Below are positions 15,876 to 29,472 of a DNA stretch of 64,000 bases, piece by piece. How positions within the stretch are numbered: the first letter of the stretch is position 1; each line of letters starts with the position of its first letter. The stretch lies in NCBI RefSeq assembly GCF_009914755.1, contig NC_060934.1; one strand, given 5' to 3'. The translations under genes were made by a program, and so were the position numbers. The notes under the pieces are model-generated. The model was given only the letters and a program-made list of their open reading frames with translations. It searched no databases and was not told the DNA's origin. The DNA is from the human T2T-CHM13v2.0 reference genome, Homo sapiens.

Positions 15876-16566
15876 ACAATGAGAACACATGGACACAGGA
15901 AGGGGAACATCACACACCGGGGACTGTTGTGGGGTGGGGGTAGTGGGGAGGGATAGCATTAGGAGAGACACCTAATGCTAAATGATGAGTTAATGGGTAC
16001 AGCACACCAACATGGCACATGTATACATATGTAAGAAACCTGTACATTGTGCACATGTACCCTAAAACTTAAAGTATAATAATAATAAAAGAAAAAAAAG
16101 AAACATTTCCACCTGTAGTAGCTAAATAAAACACATACAAAGGATCAACATGTAACGGGAGCAGCTGTCACTTGTTTTTGTTTTTGCGTTTTAAAAAAAG
16201 AAAGTTCCATTTACATTGAGCTTATCATCATGAGAAACTTAATCATGGGTGTGTTTCTCTTTTACCCATGTGGTTCTTGGTGAGTGACCACTATTATAAG
16301 TACACTTTTCCCCTTTTAGATCAGAAGAAAACTTTTCCAGGTTGTTTGTTCAACAGAAGATAAGACCACTCTATATTCATTATAACAGTTTCTCTTTAGA
16401 CACTTCTGTAATTAGATTTGTTTTTTAAAAGGCTTCCCCCTGCTGATTTTTCCCCCTGCATTGTTTTAAAGGGGGTGATTAGTTTAGTAATGAGGAAGTT
16501 GTTGAAGGATATCTGGGGTTAAGAAGCTGAAGACTGATGTATTCAATGTAATCCTTTTCCCCACAG

Positions 16567-16691
16567 GGGCTGCTGGAGTCCTCTGCAGAGAAGGCCCCTG
16601 TGTTGGTGTCCTGTGGAGGTGAGAGCCCCCGGATGGGATCTGCCTCAGCGACTCAGATAAGACAACCATGCTCACATTAATGAGAGAAGGG
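16567..16691 (+). pseudogene. TACC1-like exon D (GLLESSAEKAPV..LTLMRE), 1-nt deletion at ~16630
   Basis: Acceptor ttttccccacag|GGG and donor GGG|gtaaaa. ccc-cg-gat (expected ccc-ctg-gat) shifts the frame to a TAA at 16678-16680. Confidence 0.9.
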
Positions 16692-17455
16692 GTAAAACTC
16701 TCCTGTTTAGTCTGCTTATCACTCCATTTCTTTGTAAGGCCCATGTACCAGCAGGTAGATTGCATCTCTTCTGGCTCAAGTTATCCCAGGCTGGAAGTTC
16801 TTATTTCCTGCAGCTTGTTTAGGTTGTAAAAAGGGTTCCCTGTGGCATTGGTGCTGGAGTCCTGACATTCTGGTGTCCAGGGAAAAATGTTTACAATCTG
16901 AAATATTCTTGAGAATTTTGTACCTTTCTTTATCTTTCAGCCCTGATATTTTAAATGTCTAAATTTGCCAGCTTTGTTCACATATGTAACTAAATCAGTG
17001 CTTTTATTTTACAGAGGATATATGCTCATGCCTAAACATTTTTAAATGTTTTTGTAGTCACACACGGTTGTTTCCTACTTTCATCTATTCTTTGACTAAA
17101 CAGTTCAACTCTCTGATTCCTGTATTGAGTTTCTTGAACAGCCTTCATTCAAAATAGGTCACTGCTAGGCCTTCCTTGGTTATCTGAAAAAATATGAAAG
17201 ACCCTGTTGTGTACCATTAATCAGTTACCACCCTCTCCTGTTATATTTCTGTGCTGTATTTAGTAAGTTTGGTTTGTGTGTTTCTTGACAATTACACCTG
17301 TTCTTAAAGGAAGGTGTAGCAATTTTATTTTTACAGTATGCTGAAAGTGGTTAAGCCCCTCAGCTATAGGTCTTTTAAAGCTTTATAAAATAGCATCAAG
17401 TTGTTAATGAAAGATGTCAGCTAGTCCTATTTTCAAAACTTGGGAGTAGTGGTAA

Positions 17456-17671
<216 letters not shown>

Positions 17672-18409
17672 TAAGGAAAATGACTTTATCTTTTTCCTGG
17701 GAGTTAAACTGCGAGATGACCATCTAATGGATCAAAGTAAAGAGATGCCTGGTTACCTGAAGCAGACAGAGTACCTTCTAGGTTCTTGAGATCCCAATAA
17801 ATATAACAAATCTTCCAATTAGAAGAGAGAGGCTCAGCCAGGGAAGTACAGTAAGCTGAGAGCTGTGGCTGCCCATCCAAGCCCCAGTTGCCCATCCAAG
17901 CCCCTGCCCAGGGCAAATGGAGCTTGAGGCAATGAATTTAGAGTGTTTCCTTCCAGTTAGCAAGAGCATCCCAAATATGAGTCTAGATTCTGGACTGACA
18001 AGCAAGACTCTACCTGTGATGATGAATGCTATAGCTAGATGTAGCCAGCTCAGGGCATTATGTGAGCCCCCTCCTTCTAACTCCATTTTTATGAAACTGT
18101 CAAAAATCTCTATAGAAAGAGAATATGCTGCTCATGCCAAGTTCCAATGCTCTGATTTGTGGCAGTTTCATTATCATCCTAAATAAAACTGGTGGCCTGG
18201 CATCAGCTGTGATTACACGGCCTTGGTTAGGGTGAATACCTGCCAGTCAGATGGCTCTGTCACAGTCAGGGTCTTGGCCTGCAGAGCTGAGAGCTAGACC
18301 CTGGACCAAGGTAAAGTTCACGGAGGCTGAAAATACCACTTGGAATTTCTGGGAGATGTTCTACTCACCTTTATCTTGGTGTCTACACCCCAGCATCCTG
18401 TGTGGCTGA

Positions 18410-18710
18410 GAGTACACTTTTCCAAATGTGTACAAACATGAAATGTTGAGGTTTATATTCCTAATATAAACAAACTTTGTAAGAGTAACCCTTATCTTTC
18501 TGGTTACTTGTCCACAATTTACTACTCTTTGTTTAAGTTAGTACAGAAGCCTTCAGCCCTCTGTGTAAGCTGCTTCTCTATGCCTTCATTTTTCTTGTGA
18601 GGGCTCCCATGCACCTGTCAATCTGCGTTCTTTTCTCCTGTCACTCTGTGTGATGTCAGTCCCAGCTGGAGATACCAGAAGTGGGGAGGAAAAACCAACC
18701 TTCCCTCCAG
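18410..18710 (+). mobile_element. Degenerate ERV1 LTR 3' fragment (MER34/MER39-like)
   Basis: ..ttcttgtgagggctcccatgcac..ttttctcctgtcactctgt..cccagc.. resembles the 3' ends of this LTR family. Confidence 0.45.
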
Positions 18711-18950
18711 TATTGATGGAAGACAATGACTACCTGAAGCTCCCCATCATGATACTTATGGGTCAAAGCAATGCCACTTTCTGCTGACCAGAAGATACTA
18801 TTTCCAAAGGGCAAGAACCTTAGAGATTATCTAGTTCTTCTCTGTGATTTTATGGATAAAAGACTTGAATAGCAAAGTGACCATCTAAAGCTACACAGTA
18901 ACTTGGTGGCAGTGAAGTGGTAGGATTGTTAGTTAGGGATTCTCTCTCTC

Positions 18951-19246
18951 TTTTTTTTTTTTTTTTAGAGGAGTCTTTCTCTGTCACCCAGGCTGCAGTG
19001 AAGTGGTGCAATCTCAGCTCACTGTAACCACTGCCTCCCAGATTCATGTAATTCTGGTGTCTCAGCCTCCAAAGTAGCTGGGACTACACGTGTGCACCAC
19101 CACTCCTGGATAATTTGTATATTTTTAGTAGAGAAGAGGTTTCCCCATGTTGGTCAGGCTGGTCTCAAACTCCTGACCTCAAGTGATCTGCCTGCCTTGG
19201 GCTCCCAAAGTGCTGAAATTACAGGCATGAGCCACCGTGCCCAGCT
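18951..19246 (-). mobile_element. AluS
   Basis: Full dimer; imperfect TSD gttagttagggattct / gttacttaaggattct. Confidence 0.9.
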
Positions 19247-19309
19247 GTTACTTAAGGATTCTTTCCACCCAGGCACTTTACCTTTCTTGAAGCCTGTAAG
19301 AAAAATAAA

Positions 19310-19588
19310 GGTGGCTGAAGTGGGAGGATTACATGAGTCAAGGAGTTCGAGGCCTGCCTGGGCAACATAGGGAGACACCTTCTCTGCAAAAAATACGAAA
19401 ATTAACTGGGCATGGTGAAACATGCCTGTAATCCCAGTTACTTGGGAGACTGAGCTGGCTGGGAGGATCTCTTCAGCCCAGGAGGTGAAGGCTGCAATGA
19501 GCTATGATCTCACCACTGCACTCCAGCCAGGGTGACATAGAGACGGCCTGTCTCTAAAAAAAACTAAATTAATTAATAAAAATAAAAA
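19310..19588 (+). mobile_element. AluJ, 5'-truncated
   Basis: Alu body with J diagnostics and an A-rich tail. Confidence 0.85.
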
Positions 19589-20191
19589 TTATATCCCTAA
19601 GTTTTAAAAAGGAGAGAGGCTGCTCATTATCTTGATAAGTATATTGGAGTCTATGTAAATGGCACCCCCTAGAGTTGTGCCCTGACTTGCCCACGTGGCT
19701 GCTCATGAGAGCCCTGGTGACAGGACGTGTTTTACAATGGAGAGACAAAGAGTCTGTTTAAGGAAAACCAAACCAAATTAGACAAAGCTTTCAATAACAA
19801 TGTCAGAAAAAAAGGCATCTTTGCAGATGCAAATAGAAGGGCTATGCCTTACTCTTGCAAACCTATTAGAAAGAACACTTGAGCTCTCAGTGGCGGAAGA
19901 GAACTTCCTTGGCCTGCTTTTCTGACCATGGCTGCCAGGCTCCTGTCAGCCATGCAGTGAGAAAGCTGCTTTCATCTTTGTTTGGCCTGGATGCTGGTCC
20001 TCTGCCCCACTCTGCACCTGACTTGCTGGTCCCAAGTCCCCCTTGTCAGGGCTGACCAACCTCCCTGCCAATGGCTCCTGGGAACAATGATGACTCCAGA
20101 TGGGCTTCATCCAGCCTAGTCGGCCTTGCCTTGGCTATAGCCCAGGGAACATAACTTTAAGAAGTGGGAATTTCAGAATGTTGGGCAAATC

Positions 20192-20505
<314 letters not shown>

Positions 20506-21719
20506 TAGAATCAGTTTGAATATAAGTTGTTAAGAAATGGGAAGTTGGTGGGTGAGAGGGCATTGAGTTGGGGGTTTGTGAAGGGAACAGAAGTGTCTGA
20601 CTGGACACTTGAAAGAAGTTTCCTTAAAATACGAAAATAATTTTGCAGAGGCATGTTTATGCAAAAACTGATCTAACGAAAAAACAGCTTACACACTGGA
20701 ATCAAAATGTCACTTGATTCCCAGAGAGAATGAGCTCAGAGGTTAAAAAGAGAGGGATCCTTTCCAACTATTTAATGTGTTTTGAAAGGCCCTTTTGGGT
20801 TTAAATTGGTTTCCAGAAGAACACAGGCCCTTATCCCAGGGGAGGATGCAGATGCAGATAGAAAGGCCGAGAAGCTCACCTTTCAGAATAGGGGTGGCAA
20901 CTGGGAAGAGGGCAGAGAGGTCAACCAGAAATACTCCATCAGTGGTTGTTTCAGCTGATAAATTCAACCAGATTTTAAGATCAACCATTTGGAACTTGAG
21001 AACTTTCCACTAGGTTTGCTTTTGTTTATCCTGATTTCCTGGCTATTGAAGTTTGCAGGGAGTGATATCCCTGGAAGATCTTTGATAGCAGGTCCAGATT
21101 TTCTAAGGCACTATCTTTGGAATGGAAAACAATTCTGCAAGTTGGTTTGCAAGAGTCATAAATAAACTTTGAGTGGGCAGTTTTAATAAGTGTGCTGCCT
21201 GAGCTGTTAAGGTAATTGAAAATGCAGCTGCCCAACTGCAAGCAGCTAGCTGGTCACCGCAAGAAAGGGGAACCAGCATGTTCCTGATTCCCAGTCCAGT
21301 GCTTTTATTATAAGCTTGATGCTATGGTCTGAAAGTCAACTTCATAAATATAAAAATAGCTCCAGAATTGAAGTTGATTTACATATGAAGTGCAGAATAA
21401 GATGCCTTGTTTTCCTAGGCATCATGCAAAATCTGGAACTCTAAGCAACTTGTCACTGTCTAAGGCCATCAAATCAAAAGGGAACAAGAAAGGTGCTCCT
21501 ACCTAGTTAGGAGAGAAGAGGGGACTTGGGGACCTGAGGACCTAGGGACTAAGGAGCTGGCAGGTAGGCAACTCTTAAAGATACTGTCATTTCGGAAGAT
21601 TCTTTCTTTCTGCAAAACCTTCAACTTTCTCCCCCTCCCCCAAAGCCAGTGCCTCAAATTCTACCTCTAGAGCTTCCTTTGTTTGCTCCTGGGCACACCT
21701 TTGTCACTGCACTTTAGTA

Positions 21720-22048
21720 TAGCAGTCCCCAACCTTTTTGGCACCAGGGACCAGTTCCATGGAAGACAATTTTCCCACAGACTGGGGGATACAGGGGGAA
21801 TGGTTTTGGGATGAAACTGTTCTACCTCAGATCATTGGGCATTAGATTCTCATACGCAGTGCACAACCTAGATCCCTTTCAGGAGCAGTTCATAATATAG
21901 TTTATGCTTCAGTGAGAATCTGATACAGACGCTGATTTGACAGGAGGTGGAGCTCAGGCAGTAATGCTTGCTCACCTGCTGCTTACCTCCTGCTGTGCAG
22001 CCTGGTTCCTAACAGGCCAGTCTGCCACTCAGGGGTTGGAGACCACTG
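21720..22048 (+). mobile_element. MER1B (hAT-Charlie)
   Basis: agcagtccccaacctttttggcaccagggacc...ggggttggagaccactg, with an 8-bp TSD ctttagta/ctttagga. Confidence 0.9.
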
Positions 22049-22210
22049 CTTTAGGACAACAAAAGCCAAGGGAGTTCATTTACTGCAGGTGACTTAACGG
22101 GAACACTGGTCATCCCACCCACCCCCTCTCCATCCCTGCCTCTCATCTTTACTTGCAACACACTCCTATGCAACTTTTTCCCTGTTGTTTTGTGTCCAAA
22201 ATCTCCCAAG

Positions 22211-22764
22211 TGTCAGAGGTGTTTGAACCCGAGCAACTCCATCTTGAATAGGGGCTTGGTAAAATAAGGCTGAGACCTGCTGGGCTGCATTCCCAGGAGG
22301 TTTAGGCATTCTTAGTCACAGGATGAGATAGGAGGTCAGCATATGATACAGGTCTTAAAGACCTTGCTGATAAAACAGGTTGCAGTAAAGAAGCTGGCTA
22401 AAACCCACCAAAACCAAGATGATGGCAAAAGTAATCTCTGGTCATCCTCACTACTACACTCCCACCAGTTCCATGACAGTTTACAAATACCATGGCAACA
22501 TCAGGAAGTTAGCCTATATGGTCTAAAAAGGGGAGGAATGAATAATCCATCCCTAGTTTAGCATATAATCAAGAAATAACCATGAAAATGGGCAACCAGC
22601 AGCCCTGAGGGCTGCTCTGCGTATGGAGTAGCCATTCTTTATTCGTTTACTTTCTTAATAAATTTGCATTCACTTTACTCTATGGGATTCTCCTTGAACT
22701 CTTTCATGCACAAGACCCAAAAACCCTCTCTTGGGGTCTAGATCAGGACTTCTTTCTGATAACA
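22211..22764 (+). mobile_element. MER41A solo LTR
   Basis: tgtcagaggtgtttgaacccgagcaactccatcttgaatagggg...ctttctgataaca, 554 bp. It lacks the MER41B GAS-containing segment. Confidence 0.9.
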
Positions 22765-23705
22765 TGAGTAATGACTGATGAAGTGTGTGGTTGGTTACCA
22801 CTGAGTCTTCAGCAGTTTCCATTTATTGAGTAAACCTTTACCAAGCTCCTTCTGCAGTCCCAGCAGCATGCTGAATATCAGGAATTCAATAGACCAGTCC
22901 CCGTCCCTCCATAGCCCAGCAGGGTAGTCTGACAGCAAACCACCAATGCCACAACATCTCTGGTCGTGAGGGTTGTCGGGGGTTCAGGCTGTGGCCATGG
23001 CAGCCAGCAGAGGGGAGACAAGGAAGGTATACTTTCCTTGGAGATCTGTGGGAAGACAGCCCTGTGGATAGGATGCGGGTGAGAGGGAACAGGAAAGACA
23101 CTCTACATCCAAGGAAACCACGTGCAGAGGAGTGAGGCGAGGGAGGGAATGCTGGGAGGTCGGGAGTAACAGGAGGTAAATTCGAAGAGCCAGGCAGGGG
23201 TCAAGCTGTAGAGTAACCATGAGCCATCACAGGCATCTGAACAGGAGACTGGGATGATCTGGTTTCTGATTTAGAAAAATCACCTGGGACTGGAGGGAGG
23301 AGAATAGATGAGTGGAGAGGTGAGTCTAAACAAATCAGAACAGGATCCCCACGTTTGGTTGCCCCAAATTAAAATCTCTCAGCAACCTTTGTCTCACACA
23401 ATCTCTAAATTCTAGAGAAAGTGGGCCCTTGCTGAGATGGGGGCAGCAATCCTCTGAGAAGAATTATCTGAGGGGCCTCCCTACAGGTCTCTTTACACAG
23501 AGTTGTGAGTCCATTTCCTGGACTTTTCTTAAACCCACAAATAAAGTTCCAGGTAGGAGAACCTGAGACATTGCTAACACACCCTGGGGCAGCGGTTCTC
23601 CAAGTGTGGCTCCAGATCACTAGGAGCAGCAGCATTGCGTGAGAACTTTAAGGTCTCATCTTCTTGAAAACTAGGACCAGAAACACTAAGGCCCAGCTAT
23701 AGTGG

Positions 23706-24012
23706 GTTTTTTGTTGTTGTTGTTTTAGAGGCAGGATCTCACTCTGTTGCCCAGGCTGGAGTGCAGTAGTGTGATCATGGCTCACTCTGGCCTCCAGCTC
23801 TTGGGCTCAAGTTATCCTCCTACTTCAGCCTCCCAAGTATCTGGGACCACAGGGGCACCACCATACCCAGCATAGTGACAGGCTCTCACTTTGCAGAGAT
23901 GGGATCTCACTATATTGCCCAGGCTGGTCTCAAACTCCTGGCCTTGAGTGATCCTCCCACCTCGGCCCCCCAAAGTGCTGAGATTACACGTGTGAGCCAG
24001 TTTGCCCGAACC
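23706..24012 (-). mobile_element. AluJ with altered linker
   Basis: Alu dimer whose A-rich linker is replaced by catagtgacaggctctcactttg. Confidence 0.85.
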
Positions 24013-24025
24013 TAGCTAGCTCCAC

Positions 24026-24203
24026 AGCCAGGCGTGGTGGCTCATGCCTGTAATCACAGCACTTTGGGAGGCCAAGGTGGGCAATCACCTGAGGTCGGGA
24101 GTTCAAGACCAGCCTGACCAACATGGAGAAACCCCATCTCTACTAAAAATACAAACAATTAGCCAGGTATGGTTGCACATGCCTGTAATCCCAGGTACTC
24201 GGG
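24026..24203 (+). mobile_element. AluS, 3'-truncated
   Basis: Left monomer and the start of the right monomer; no tail. Confidence 0.85.
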
Positions 24204-24391
24204 GATTTATTGTAACCACCCAGGTACTTATAGTTTGAGAACCACTACCTTGTGGTAGCACAAACTCGGATGAGCTATATGGAGAACTGATCACCAGGCT
24301 CCTAATATTTTATTTTTGTTTTGTTTAAGAAAGAGAAAAGCATCAAGCCTAATCAAAGTCACCAACAAGCAACTTAGATGTTCATGTGAGA

Positions 24392-24694
<303 letters not shown>

Positions 24695-24845
24695 TCATGT
24701 GACAGACATGGAATGGTTATAATTATGTTTTATTTGATAATCTAGCAAATGGTTTTTATAAATCTATTTGCACTGTACTTTCTGGGAAGAGGGAGAAAAT
24801 AAATAAAAAAGACACAAGGTTTCTTCCTCCAATAGGATTCGGCCA

Positions 24846-24902
24846 CCATCACCAGTCATCATCATCATCAATCATCATCATCATTATCATCAATCACCAC
24901 CG
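24846..24902. repeat. Imperfect (CAT)n microsatellite
   Basis: catcatcatcatcaatcatcatcatcattatcatc. Confidence 0.9.
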
Positions 24903-26578
24903 TCTTCAAAAAACATATGTTAATACTAATAATAGTCACTTATAAGAATCCACATCTGAGAATCCACAAGGGCTTTCTGAGAATTAATTTTGTACCCAGC
25001 TCTGTACTCACAACTGAATTGCTATCTGGCTGAGTCAGAACTTGAACACAAGAAATAATCAGTTACACAGAGCAGCATATAATCATGGGCCAAATAGTTC
25101 TGAGCTTAAGCAGGCCTTGTGGATTCAAGAGTGCTCTTCCAGCTTTATGCAAATTGCCTTCATTTTCACTCCTTGCCCAAGCCCTGGACCAGGGTTTGTC
25201 CTGTGGAGATGGGGAGAGGAGTCTTTTGGTGCCCTGACTCTGAGAACTTTGACCTTTAACTGTGGAGCCCTGGGCCCCCATCATATCTCCCAAAGGGAGT
25301 GTTTGAGGATATGGCAACTGCTGCATTAACAGATGACTCTAGGAAGGAGAGGAAAAGGCCTATTCTATAAATAAATATACTGTTCCTGGATGAGGCACTG
25401 TCCTCCCTACTCCTACCCAGTCACCTTTGTGATCATCAGAGCAGAGCAGCCCCTAGCCAAGGGATTAGTGCAATTATAAGTTCAACAATAGATAACCCAT
25501 CATAAATACACCTGGAGAGCTTTTGTCATTGACTAGGAGCCAGGAGTCGGGGGATAAAAAGGACAGTGGGGAGAGAGCTGGAACGGTGTAGGGCTAGCTT
25601 GAAACATCTACTGTTTGTTTGTTTGTTTGTTTAAAAAAGCCTGACTTTCTTTCTGAACGTGAAAGTCTCTGGAAGGTGTGGAGAAGGGAAGGGACACAGG
25701 CAATCCCGAGAAGGACTTGTTTTTAGTGTAGTTAGCTTTATCCTCAGAGCACAGATCTGCCCCAAAATCTTTTTAAAAAAATAAACCCAAGAGCTGGCCC
25801 CACCAGACATTTCTGAATCTGTTGTTATATCTCTGTTAAGCAGGAAGAGAGAGCAAGGCTCCTGCATTGATAATGCTGGGAAATAGTTTAATATCTAACC
25901 TTTTTGGATACGTGGACCAATAAAGCCAAGTGATAATCTGTTGGAGGTGCCTGTTCTCTGGGTTCTGAGGACCCCAGGGAACTTCAAGTCTTCACTCTCT
26001 TTTTGGCCATGAACATTTAGGTGTTGCAGGCAGATAAAAGCAGTGGGGAAATGTGATCGAGGGATGCACTTTGCTTACCAGCATTGCACCTAAATAAAGA
26101 AGGCCGCAATGTGCTGGTGACAGTGCCACAGAACTGATAGTCTGCATTTTCACCAGGCAGTGGGGAGGACAGGGTGGGTCGACTTTACTGTCACCAGCAG
26201 AGACAACTTCCAGAGCAGCTTGGATGATGAACCTGGTGCACACAGTCGACATTTTAAAATATGGATGACAGGGCTGGGGAGGCACCAACTCACAAAAGCT
26301 GACTGTTGGGTACATAATTTTTTGGACCCGGTGTGTCTAATTCCATCTTCAATTATACTTTTGAGCCCTTTCAAGTGAAACTGTAAGTGACTTATCTAAA
26401 GGTATACTGCTGCTAAGCTTATGTTAGAAAGAGGTAAAAACCTAAGTTATTTAAGGTGACATGGCTAATGTAAGCAGCTAATCAGAAACAAATTAGCTAA
26501 TTGGATGTGGTCACAAACATTATTAACATCAGATGCTACTAACATCTTTGTTTTACTTTGTCTAAAAATAAAAATTAA

Positions 26579-26733
26579 GACACAGAGTCTCACTATTTCA
26601 CTCAGGCTGGTCTTGAACTCCTGGCCCTGTCCTCCCAACTAGCTGAGATTACAGTTAACTATGATTGCACCACTGCATTCCAGCCTGGGCAACAGAGTGA
26701 GACCTTATCTCAAAAAAAAAAAAAAAAAAAAAG
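26579..26733. mobile_element. Fused opposite-strand Alu fragments
   Basis: A minus-strand piece (26579-26655) directly abuts a plus-strand Alu 3' end with a long poly(A). Confidence 0.75.
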
Positions 26734-27392
26734 ATAAAGATAAAACCAAGGTTTAGGTTCTGAGTTCCAGGGTGAATTTGTGTTTACAGTTGGTATTCAG
26801 AGCAAGGATTCACCTTCCCTGCTTCTCCCTGGGTCCCCGTGTTGGAGAAGGGCATGGGCTTTGGTGGACAGTAGATCTGACAAATAGTGCCATTTCTCAT
26901 CACTAGGAAAAAAAAAAAGCCACAGAATTAAATTCCTTATTTGTCTTTGGAGACACAGGTTCTACCTCGGCATAAAAGGTGAAAGAAGATTCTGGCCAAA
27001 CAAATGGGAATGTAAGAAACCCTTGAGAGATTCAGAGATCGAAAGCTAGCTAAACATAGCTGTAAAGGACTTTTTGTGTGCAATTGGAGCTATGTGAAGA
27101 TGGCTTCTATATGAGATGATAGTTAATAAATATTCATGTCTTGCTACGATCTAAAAGGCTAAAAACTTGCTAAGTCAGTCCAGCTACAGATGTTTTGCAC
27201 ACGTTTGTTATGTACAGTGAACTACATGGGCCCCTGCTCTGGAAACACCATGGCCTGCGTATTAAATTAGACTAGTGAGCCAAGACATAAATGTGTGGAA
27301 AGCTAAAAACAAAACAAAAAATTCAGCTGAAAATTTTGACCAGTAAATAAGGAGATACCCAGACTTAAACTTCACCAAGAAACTGCATTTTG

Positions 27393-27522
27393 GGCCAGGT
27401 GCTGTGGCTCACACCTGTAATCCTCCCAGCTTAAGAGGCTGAGGAGGGAGGATCGCTTGAGGCCAGGAGTTTGAAACCAGCCTGGGTAACATAGTGAGAC
27501 CCTATCTCTACAAAAAGTAAAA
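27393..27522 (+). mobile_element. FLAM/Alu left monomer
   Basis: ggccaggtgctgtggctc...ccctatctctacaaaaa. Confidence 0.85.
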
Positions 27523-28507
27523 TTATTATTTTTTTAAGTTGCCATTTGCTTGATGCTTAAGACCAAATGAAATCACCACAAATAGAATTCATGGAAGGAA
27601 GGGCCATCACCGTTTATAGCTTGATTTAAAGTTTTCATGTCTTTCTTCAGAAATTGGTCATGGTTACATCTCATCAGAGCTGCAGCCAGCTGCCCGCTCC
27701 TAAGTTGTGCTGCTTATGATGTGGGTGCAGGCAATGACGTCCACTTGACAAAGCTTCTGAATCAGCCATGTCTGGGGAGCAAGAGAACTTGGCACCATTG
27801 GTCTTTGGCATGGGCACACATCTGCCTGTGGTGTCCCCATCATGACTTTTTTCAGTAAGGACTCACGCAACAGTAATCAGTGACAGCAGTTCTCAAACCT
27901 GGAGAGCAGAAGTGCACAGACTGGTCCCAGATATATTTCCCTGGTCACTTCTTCACTCCTCCAGGCCACTTCTGCCCCACCTTCTGAGCAGAAGCTGCTA
28001 AAAAGACAGGATGGACACTCGTTCTGAAGGTGTTTCTCAGCATACGGCAAGCCCTTTGATAGGCAGTAGAGAACTTTGAGCACTTGGCAGGGTCATTTTC
28101 TGATTCTTTTTCTTTCTTTCTGTAGCCATTAACATCTGGTAATTTTTGGATTCTCTTTTGCTTCATCCTCATTTGTGGCCTGGACTATGATAAGCAGACA
28201 CAAGCTAGTAGGACCCATGTACTCCTTCAACATCAAGGAGACCTTCAACATCAAGGTCAAGAGACCTTGAAAAACACCTGCAGCTTTTGCTGCCTGTAAA
28301 ACAGCATCCAGTGCTTCATAATATAGCCCTAGTTTATCTTCTAATTATATCTTGCCCGTCAATTGACAAACATCAATTGGTGCCTTTTGTGGACACATTC
28401 ATGATCTCCCTTCCCCAAATATAGGGAACAAGTTTTTTACTTTTTTATTTTCCCCCACCTACACTCCACAGCGCAGAGCACTTACCAGGAAATTATTTAA
28501 AGTTCTC

Positions 28508-28787
28508 AAACAGGGTCTCACTCTGTCGCCCATACTGGAATGTAGTGGCATAATCAGAGCTCACTGCAACCCCAACCTCCTGGGTTCAAGCAATCCTCCC
28601 ACCTCAGCCCCATGAGTAGCTGGGACTGCAGGCATGCCACCACACCCAGCTAATTTTTAAAATCTTTTGTAGAGATGTGGTCTCGCTATATTGCCCAGGC
28701 TTGTCTTGAACTCTTGTCCTCAAACATTTCTCCTACTATAGCCTCGCAAAGTGCTGAGATTACAGGTGTAAGCAACCATGTCCAGCT
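28508..28787 (-). mobile_element. AluJ
   Basis: Diverged dimer with no tail. Confidence 0.85.
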
Positions 28788-29335
28788 TTAGCAGGAATTA
28801 TGATGTGACAAGTTCTGTCTCTGACAGTCCTGCTTCAAGCAGCTAATGAATCCCCTTGTACTATCTGTGATTGGATGAGGACTGTGGAAATGGTGTGGCA
28901 ACCATAGAATAATGAGAGGTGGCTAACAAGTAAATAGGCTTCAAAATAGCTTGTGCCCATAGATATTTTTACTTGTTCAAACTCCTTCCCAGTTACCTCC
29001 TTACCAACGGGGCTCAACATGATGATGTCACTAATGTTGGGAATACTGGCAGCTCAAAGGTAGATTTGCTATAAGTCTCAACTGACATTTTCATTAAAAT
29101 TCTCACTGAGCTTCAAGCGTCTGATTTCCTGCTCCCTTGGAGAATTATCATGTGTAATCTAAACATGCAAAATGGGGGAAATCCATTCTTTTTACACAAT
29201 AAACTACTCCGAGCTCCGTGCTCATTGGTAGGGAATACAATATGAGTAAGAAAGGGTCATGTGTGAACAGGGAAAGATGCATGTAAACAGAGGTGTGCTA
29301 TCAAACATTAAGGATGCAGAGGAAGAAATCATCTA

Positions 29336-29472
29336 TTTTTTTAAAATTCCTTTTCTAGTGGTGGGGACTTGCTGTGTTGCCCAGGCTGGTCTCCAACTCT
29401 CAGGCTCAAGCGATCCTCCTCCCTCAGCCTGCCAAGTAACTAGGATTACAGACATGAGCCACCATGTGCAGT
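29336..29472 (-). mobile_element. FLAM/Alu left monomer within L2 remnants
   Basis: Single monomer; the flanks look like L2. Confidence 0.75.

Larger units (their letters stand above)
23589..24250. mobile_element. MER5A split by two Alus
   Basis: Starts cagcggttctccaagtgtgg..cagcagcatt and ends agtttgagaaccact. Confidence 0.65.
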
